Positions 35,514 to 41,384 of a stretch of DNA of 41,384 nucleotides are shown here, piece by piece; position 1 is the stretch's first letter; each line of letters begins with the position of its first letter. The notes beneath the pieces are model-generated. The model was not told the DNA's origin. It saw nothing but the letters and a program-made list of their open reading frames with translations, and did not search any database. Source of the DNA: an uncultured Polaribacter sp. (GTDB taxonomy: Bacteria > Bacteroidota > Bacteroidia > Flavobacteriales > Flavobacteriaceae); assembly GCA_964396505.1 (NCBI GenBank), contig CAYNFJ010000001.1, forward strand, positions 1-41,384. Reading direction: 5' to 3'. The translations under genes and the position numbers were made by a program.

Positions 35514-36182
35514 CTACTCTTTTTCTAAAAGCTTTATATCGTCAATTAATCGTTGTATATCTTTTGTATTCGTACCGTCATAGAAGCCTCTTATCCGGCG
35601 TTTTTTATCGACTAAAATAAAATTTTCGGTATGAATAAAATCTTGTAAACCACCGTCTCCTTTATCCAAAACGGCAAAGTAGGATTTCCGAGCCAATTTA
35701 TAAATTTCCTTTTTATCGCCGGTCGTAATATTCCATTTGGAATCAATCACACCTTTTTTATCGGCATAGGCTCGTAATACAGGAATACTATCCATCACCG
35801 GCGTAACCGAATGAGATAAAAACATAACCTGATCATCTTTCAAAAAAGCATCTTGTAAATCCTTCATATTAGACGTCATCACCGGGCAGATACTTTGACA
35901 GCGTGTAAAGAAAAAATCGGCCACATAAATCTTATCTTTATAATCTTCTTGTGTAATGGTATCTCCATTTTGATTAATCAAACTAAAATCAGCAATATGA
36001 TGCCCCTTTTTAATATCGGAAATACTGGGATCTACCAAATCCGGATTGACATCGTACGGATTATAAACCGGTAATTTTTTTGTGGGAAAAAGAAATAAAT
36101 ACAACAAATAAGTAGCTCCTAAAACCAATATTAACAAAATAATAAGAACCCATGAACTTTTTAATTGCTTTTGTTTACTCAT
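35514..36182 (-). CDS. SCO1/SenC family copper chaperone / thiol-disulfide protein
   Basis: N-terminal TM anchor, thioredoxin-like fold with the CQSICP (CxxxC) motif and a downstream His region. Confidence 0.9.
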   Translation of the reverse strand: MSKQKQLKSSWVLIILLILVLGATYLLYLFLFPTKKLPVYNPYDVNPDLVDPSISDIKKGHHIADFSLINQNGDTITQEDYKDKIYVADFFFTRCQSICPVMTSNMKDLQDAFLKDDQVMFLSHSVTPVMDSIPVLRAYADKKGVIDSKWNITTGDKKEIYKLARKSYFAVLDKGDGGLQDFIHTENFILVDKKRRIRGFYDGTNTKDIQRLIDDIKLLEKE

Positions 36183-36208
36183 TTTTTGTAGTTTTGGTTA
36201 TTATTTAG

Positions 36209-36216
36209 CAAAAATA
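36209..36216 (-). promoter_or_regulatory. Candidate -7 promoter box for the SCO gene
   Basis: Plus-strand CAAAAATA is TATTTTTG on the minus strand, 27 nt upstream of the ATG at 36182. Confidence 0.45.
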
Positions 36217-36316
36217 CATTATTAATTCAATTTTTTTTAAAAAAACACCGGACAATCTAGGGTTTTGACTCTGTAAATTGTTAAAGAAAAACACAAAACG
36301 TATAAAAACACTTCCC

Positions 36317-38254
36317 ATGAAAATACTATCCTACCTTTTTACTTTCTTATTCATTCTCCCGCTTTTTGCACAACACACTAAAAAAGAAAATCTTAAGAAA
36401 TTGATTAAAAGCGAAAGAAAAGCAGCACAATACAGAATGAATTACCGCGTAAACCCCAACACCACTGATTATGACATCAAATATCACCGGATGGAATGGA
36501 CGGTAGATCCGTCAGATAATCCGGCCGCAATAAGTGGCACTGTCACTACGTATTGGGAAGCAAAGGCTCCTATGAATACCATTACTTTTGATTTGATGGA
36601 TGAACTCACCGTCTCTCAAGTGGTTCAACGCGGAACTAATCTCTCTTTTAGCGCTGCCAATAACGAAGTGGTTATCACCCTTCCGGCTACTCAAAACACC
36701 GGTGTTTTAGACTCTTTGAGTATTACCTATAGCGGAAATCCGCCTCAAAGTGGATTTGATTCGTATGTGACAAGTACCCATAACGGTGTCCCGGTCTTAT
36801 GGACATTATCAGAACCGTATGGTGCCAGAGACTGGTGGCCTTGTAAACAAGATTTGATAGACAAGGCTGATTCTATTGATGTATATATTACCTATCCACA
36901 GTTTTACAACGGAAGTGAAGAATACAAAGCAGCTTCCAATGGCTTATTACAATCTGAAACCGTATCGGGAAACATGAAAACATCCTATTGGAAACACCGG
37001 CATCCCATACCGGCTTATCTCGTTGCTATGGCGGTAACCAATTACAGTGTATATGATGACTTGGCTTACGCGGGAACCGCGCAAGAATTTCCAATTACCA
37101 ATTATGTTTTCCCTGAAAATCTAACTACTGTACAGACTCAAACACCTGTAACTGCCGATTTGATAGAACTCTATGGAAACCTGTTTGAAATGTACCCTTA
37201 TGCCGATGAAAAATACGGTCATGCCCAGTTTGGTTGGGGTGGCGGTATGGAGCATACCACGATGACTTTTATGGTTAGTTTTGGACGCGATTTAATTGCA
37301 CATGAATTAGCCCACCAGTGGTTTGGTGATAAGGTAACATGTGGTTCTTGGCACGATATATGGCTGAACGAAGGCTTTGCGACTTACTTGACCGGCTTGT
37401 CCAAAGAGCATCTAGACGGTGCAACCGCATTTTATAATTGGCGCGCCGGAAAAATTAGTTCTATCACGAGTTCTCCCAACGGATCTGTCTATTGTACCGA
37501 TACAACTTCCGTTAATAGAATTTTTAGTGGCAGATTAAGTTATGACAAAGGATCTATGGTGCTACATATGCTTCGATACAAGTTAGGAGATACCGATTTT
37601 TTCCAAGGAGTTACCAATTATCTAGACGACCCTGCCTTGTCGTATGGCTATGCTAAAACCATCGATTTACAAAACCATCTGGAAGCTCAAAGCGGCATGG
37701 ATTTAGATGAATTTTTTGCCGATTGGTTTATGGGTGAAGGGTATCCTTCTTACAACATTCAATGGTCACAAACCGGTAACACCGTTTATATTACCGTCAA
37801 TCAGACACAATCTCACCCTTCAGTGTCTTTCTTTGAAATGCCTCTCCCGATTAAGCTGGTAGGCACCAATGGTGAAACACAAATGCTCCGATTGGAAAAT
37901 ACCAGTAACGGACAGTTATTTACAGAAACGGTTCCTTTTACGGTGAGTTCCGTAGTTTTTGATCCGGATAAACAAATTATCTCTAAAAATAATTCGGTGA
38001 CACTATCTTCCGGTAGTCTAGAAGTAGAAGATATCTTAGCTTTTCCTAACCCAGTTGGTGACCAAATTACAATAGCTACGGCCAATGGTGTTACACTGGA
38101 ATCTACGGCACTTTTTAATTCGGCAGGACAGTTGATTCTCAAACAAGATGCCAATCAGCCGGTTATTCATTTTACCGACATTGCAAAAGGCATTATGATT
38201 CTTCAAATCAACACTAATAAAGGGGTATATTACCGTACACTCATCAAAGAATAA
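36317..38254 (+). CDS. M1-family zinc aminopeptidase with a T9SS C-terminal sorting domain
   Basis: GGMEHT (GAMEN-like) and HELAHQWFGD-X-NEGFATY (HEXXH-X18-E). Signal peptide from ATG 36317 (MKILSYLFTFLFILPLFAQ). C-terminal FPNPVGDQITI...ILQINTNKGVYYRTLIKE is a T9SS CTD pattern. Confidence 0.9.
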   Translation: MKILSYLFTFLFILPLFAQHTKKENLKKLIKSERKAAQYRMNYRVNPNTTDYDIKYHRMEWTVDPSDNPAAISGTVTTYWEAKAPMNTITFDLMDELTVSQVVQRGTNLSFSAANNEVVITLPATQNTGVLDSLSITYSGNPPQSGFDSYVTSTHNGVPVLWTLSEPYGARDWWPCKQDLIDKADSIDVYITYPQFYNGSEEYKAASNGLLQSETVSGNMKTSYWKHRHPIPAYLVAMAVTNYSVYDDLAYAGTAQEFPITNYVFPENLTTVQTQTPVTADLIELYGNLFEMYPYADEKYGHAQFGWGGGMEHTTMTFMVSFGRDLIAHELAHQWFGDKVTCGSWHDIWLNEGFATYLTGLSKEHLDGATAFYNWRAGKISSITSSPNGSVYCTDTTSVNRIFSGRLSYDKGSMVLHMLRYKLGDTDFFQGVTNYLDDPALSYGYAKTIDLQNHLEAQSGMDLDEFFADWFMGEGYPSYNIQWSQTGNTVYITVNQTQSHPSVSFFEMPLPIKLVGTNGETQMLRLENTSNGQLFTETVPFTVSSVVFDPDKQIISKNNSVTLSSGSLEVEDILAFPNPVGDQITIATANGVTLESTALFNSAGQLILKQDANQPVIHFTDIAKGIMILQINTNKGVYYRTLIKE

Positions 38255-38263
38255 TAGCTTGTT

Positions 38264-38306
38264 TAGTGTCTGTCTATCAAATGCTTAATTTTATAAATAG
38301 ACACTA
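38264..38306 (+). terminator. Possible terminator after the M1 peptidase gene
   Basis: 8-bp stem TAGTGTCT/AGACACTA with a 27-nt loop, followed by a T-rich tract (GGTTTTGTTTTG). The large loop lowers confidence. Confidence 0.4.
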
Positions 38307-38329
38307 TGTAGGTTTTGTTTTGAAAATCG

Positions 38330-38337
38330 TACCTTTG
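38330..38337 (+). promoter_or_regulatory. Candidate -7 promoter box for rseP
   Basis: TACCTTTG lies 30 nt upstream of ATG 38367. Confidence 0.5.
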
Positions 38338-38366
38338 CCCACTTTATATATTAAGGATAACATTGT

Positions 38367-39704
38367 ATGGAAATTTTTATAAAAATAGCTCAATTCTTGT
38401 TGAGTTTGTCATTTCTCATTATTCTACACGAATTCGGACACTTTATTGCCGCCCGAATTTTTAAAACCCGTGTTGAAAAATTTTATTTATTTTTTGATGC
38501 TTGGGGCAAAAAACTTTTCTCTATAAAAAGAGGAGATACAGAATATGGCATCGGTTGGTTGCCCTTGGGTGGATATGTTAAAATATCGGGTATGATTGAT
38601 GAGAGTATGGACAAGGAGCAGATGAAGTTACCGCCAAAACCCTATGAATTCAGATCCAAACCGGCCTGGCAACGTTTAATCATTATGTTGGGTGGTGTCA
38701 CGGTAAACTTTATATTAGGAATTCTTATCTATATCATGATTGCTTTTGTATGGGGCGAAGACTATGTCAGTACAAAGGGCGTAAAACACGGGTTTAGCGT
38801 AGCAGATTCTTTTGAACAATACGGTTTTCAAGAAGGTGATAACATCCTTAAAATAGATGGAAAAGTTCCTTTTAATGTATTGGATGTCAATAAAGACTTG
38901 TTTTTAAAAGACATCAAAACCCTTACCGTAAAACACCCGGATGGAAATATCGAAACCATTAAACTTCCGGAAGGTGTTGGAAAAAAAATGTGGAATGAAG
39001 GAATCTTATTCCCTTTTCAGCCAAGATCTATGGCGGTCATTGATACCGTTGTTTCTAACTCTCCTGCCGAGAAAGCCGGTGTTTTAAAAGGAGATAGAAT
39101 TATTGACGTCAATAATTCTCCCGTTACTTATTGGAATGAATTTACCAAAAAAGTGGATTCTACCACTACTTCTTTACGTGTATTAAGAGGTGCTGATACT
39201 ATAGAAATAGCCATTAAACCGGAAGTGCTGGATACCAAATCTAAAAAATTAAAAATCGGTGTTAGTAGTTTTGGGGACAATGCCATTGAAACACAGCACA
39301 AAAAATACTCATTTCTTGAAAGTATCTCCAGAGGAAACCGTATGGGCTTGAATAAACTTCAGAGTTATATCGGACAATTTAAATACTTGTTTACCAAAAA
39401 AGGAGCTGGAGAAATCGGTGGCTTTATTGCTATTGGTAAAATCTTTCCTTCTACTTGGAACTGGCAAGCCTTTTGGAGTATCACTGCATTCTTGTCTATC
39501 ATGCTTGGATTTATGAATTTATTGCCCATTCCGGCATTGGACGGCGGACACGCCCTTTTTGTGTTGTTTGAGATGATAACCGGCAGAAAACCCAGTGATA
39601 AATTTCTGGAATATGCCCAAATTACCGGTTTTGTACTATTGATGGGGCTCCTGTTGTTAGCAAATGGAAATGATATTTTTAAGTTGATCAAGGCTTGGTT
39701 GTAA
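38367..39704 (+). CDS. rseP: RIP (site-2) zinc metalloprotease RseP
   Basis: HEFGHF (HEXXH) in TM1, a central PDZ region (SPAEKAGVLKGDRIIDVN), and NLLPIPALDGGH near the C-terminus. Confidence 0.94.
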   Translation: MEIFIKIAQFLLSLSFLIILHEFGHFIAARIFKTRVEKFYLFFDAWGKKLFSIKRGDTEYGIGWLPLGGYVKISGMIDESMDKEQMKLPPKPYEFRSKPAWQRLIIMLGGVTVNFILGILIYIMIAFVWGEDYVSTKGVKHGFSVADSFEQYGFQEGDNILKIDGKVPFNVLDVNKDLFLKDIKTLTVKHPDGNIETIKLPEGVGKKMWNEGILFPFQPRSMAVIDTVVSNSPAEKAGVLKGDRIIDVNNSPVTYWNEFTKKVDSTTTSLRVLRGADTIEIAIKPEVLDTKSKKLKIGVSSFGDNAIETQHKKYSFLESISRGNRMGLNKLQSYIGQFKYLFTKKGAGEIGGFIAIGKIFPSTWNWQAFWSITAFLSIMLGFMNLLPIPALDGGHALFVLFEMITGRKPSDKFLEYAQITGFVLLMGLLLLANGNDIFKLIKAWL

Positions 39705-39731
39705 ATTAGTAGTCCGTTTAATCTTAGTTCG

Positions 39732-39739
39732 TACCTTTG
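39732..39739 (+). promoter_or_regulatory. Candidate -7 promoter box for pbpC
   Basis: TACCTTTG lies 19 nt upstream of ATG 39758. Confidence 0.5.
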
Positions 39740-39757
39740 TATCCGACTCGAGATTAA

Positions 39758-41384
39758 ATGAAATCCTATATTATCAAACATAAAATTAAGTTTAGTGTAC
39801 TCTTATTGGTACTGCTGGCTTATTATGTTTCATTACCAAAAAAATTATTTAACGATCCTACAGCAACTGTCGTTGAAAGTGCCGAAGGTAAACTATTAGG
39901 GGCTAAAATAGCAAGCGATATGCAATGGCGCTTTCCGGAAAGAGATAGCGTTCCTTACAAATTCACACAATGCATTACACAATATGAAGACGCCTATTTT
40001 TACAAGCATTGGGGATTTAACATCGTATCTATTTTTAAGGCTTTAAAAGCCAATATAAAAGCCGGTAAAGTGGTGCGAGGTGGAAGTACTATTACTCAGC
40101 AAGTCATACGATTATCCCGCAAAAACAAAAGACGAACCTATTTCGAAAAACTCAAAGAACTCATCTTAGCAACACGATTGGAGTTTCGATATTCCAAAGA
40201 TAAAATCATAAGCCTGTATGCATCTCACGCCCCTTTTGGGGGTAATATTGTAGGACTGGACGCCGCATCATGGCGGTATTTTGCACAGGAACCCGAAAAT
40301 TTATCATGGGCAGAAAATGCTACTTTGGCAGTATTGCCCAATGCGCCCGGTTTAATCCATATCAATAAAAATAGAGGAGAATTATTAAAAAAACGAAATC
40401 TATTGCTTAAAAAACTCTTTAATGCTCATATCATAGATTCGTTAACATACGCATTGGCCATTCAGGAAAATTTACCCGATAAAACATTTCCTTTACCACA
40501 AACAGCGCCGCATCTCATTGCAAAAGCAGCCCGAGAATATCCCGGAGAAAGAGTCCGCACCAGTGTTAAAATTCAATTACAAAAAAAACTAAATCAGATT
40601 GTTACACAACATTACAACAATCTTAAACAGAATCATATTTATAATATTGCAGCCCTCATCATCGATGTGAAAACACGTAAAATACTGGCTTATGTCGGAA
40701 ATTCACCCACGGATAAAAAACATCAAAAAGATGTTGACATCATTGATAAACCACGAAGTACCGGAAGTATTTTAAAACCCTTTTTATTTGCTTCTATGCT
40801 AAATGATGGCGCTTTGCTACCCAATACCTTAATAGCCGATATTCCCACTTATTTTTCGGGTTATAAACCTAAAAATTTTAATCTATCTTATTACGGAGCA
40901 GTCCCTGCGAGCAAAGCTCTGGCAAAATCACTTAATATTCCGGCAGTAAGAATGTTACAGTCATATGGTGTAGCTCGTTTTTACAATCAACTCCAGCATT
41001 TGAAATTACATCATATTTCCAAAGGAGCCAATCATTACGGATTACCTTTAATTCTAGGAGGTGCTGAAAGTAGCTTGTGGGACTTATCCAGAGCCTACGC
41101 CTTCTTATCAGGTACATTAGTACATTATGACCAAACCCAAGGGCGTTATTACAATAATGAATTGGCAGAATTATCTTACCTCAAAAATAAAACAGCAGAT
41201 TTTGGCACCCTAACAACTGAATACCCTATTTTCGATGCCGGATCTATTTATTCTACCTACGAAGCCTTACGAAAGTTAAACCGGCCGGAAGGAGAAGAAA
41301 ACTGGGAGTTTTATGATGATGCCACCCCTATTGCTTGGAAAACCGGAACCAGTTTTGGTTTTAGAGATGCTTGGGCTATTGGAT
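39758..41384 (+). CDS. pbpC: Penicillin-binding protein 1C, 3' partial
   Basis: My own translation from ATG 39758 gives MKSYIIKHKIKFSVLLLVLLAYY... with glycosyltransferase-51 motifs YEDAYFYKHWGF, RGGSTITQQ and KLKELILATRLE, then the start of a transpeptidase domain. The frame is open to the window end and is not in the supplied ORF track. Confidence 0.88.
   Translation, partial: MKSYIIKHKIKFSVLLLVLLAYYVSLPKKLFNDPTATVVESAEGKLLGAKIASDMQWRFPERDSVPYKFTQCITQYEDAYFYKHWGFNIVSIFKALKANIKAGKVVRGGSTITQQVIRLSRKNKRRTYFEKLKELILATRLEFRYSKDKIISLYASHAPFGGNIVGLDAASWRYFAQEPENLSWAENATLAVLPNAPGLIHINKNRGELLKKRNLLLKKLFNAHIIDSLTYALAIQENLPDKTFPLPQTAPHLIAKAAREYPGERVRTSVKIQLQKKLNQIVTQHYNNLKQNHIYNIAALIIDVKTRKILAYVGNSPTDKKHQKDVDIIDKPRSTGSILKPFLFASMLNDGALLPNTLIADIPTYFSGYKPKNFNLSYYGAVPASKALAKSLNIPAVRMLQSYGVARFYNQLQHLKLHHISKGANHYGLPLILGGAESSLWDLSRAYAFLSGTLVHYDQTQGRYYNNELAELSYLKNKTADFGTLTTEYPIFDAGSIYSTYEALRKLNRPEGEENWEFYDDATPIAWKTGTSFGFRDAWAIG

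Noticed and set aside
1-41384. Scanned for CRISPR arrays, transposase, integrase or recombinase genes, phage genes, toxin-antitoxin pairs, restriction-modification or other defence genes, and tRNA, rRNA or tmRNA.
   Set aside because: None found. No ORF has the relevant motifs, there are no regularly spaced direct repeats, and I saw no tRNA-like T-arm (GGTTCGAATCC-type) sequences in the intergenic regions I read.

Overview
AT-rich chromosomal segment that looks like Bacteroidota, class Flavobacteriia. Basis: two proteins with type IX secretion C-terminal sorting domains, recurring TAnnTTTG (-7) promoter boxes 15-50 nt upstream of start codons, no obvious Shine-Dalgarno sites, a six-gene alternative complex III operon, and an IPExxxVDY-family gene between rnc and pyk. 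The content is mostly core housekeeping. It holds queA, the rplM-rpsI and rpsB-tsf ribosomal operons, kbp/ygaU, acpP-fabF-rnc, pyk, glnS, actABCDEF (about 8.3 kb, minus strand), truA, an MsbA-like ABC exporter, feoAB, an SCO protein, a T9SS-exported M1 aminopeptidase, rseP and the 5' part of pbpC. The only accessory-looking stretch is roughly 22.9-29.9 kb. It carries a SPOR protein, a DUF2892 / HMA / small ORF / sulfide:quinone-oxidoreductase-like cluster, DUF4293, and a LuxR-type response regulator, lipoprotein and TPR histidine kinase triad. I saw no tRNA, rRNA, CRISPR array, transposase, integrase or recognisable defence system, and nothing I can defend as a clearly novel multi-gene system. 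The observations most worth a second look are: (1) a 40-bp perfect palindrome just upstream of the response-regulator promoter; (2) the internally duplicated lipoprotein with a C-terminal CPTC wedged inside the two-component pair; (3) an unannotated 41-codon hydrophobic Cys-containing ORF, bracketed by a long-range inverted repeat, in the 425-bp gap upstream of queA; (4) a 149-aa C-terminal extension of unknown fold on GlnRS; (5) a terminator-like hairpin in the leader of the SQR-like gene; (6) a Fur-box-like palindrome over the feoAB promoter. Start codons are less certain than stops because ribosome-binding sites are not visible; where I moved a start, the reason is given.
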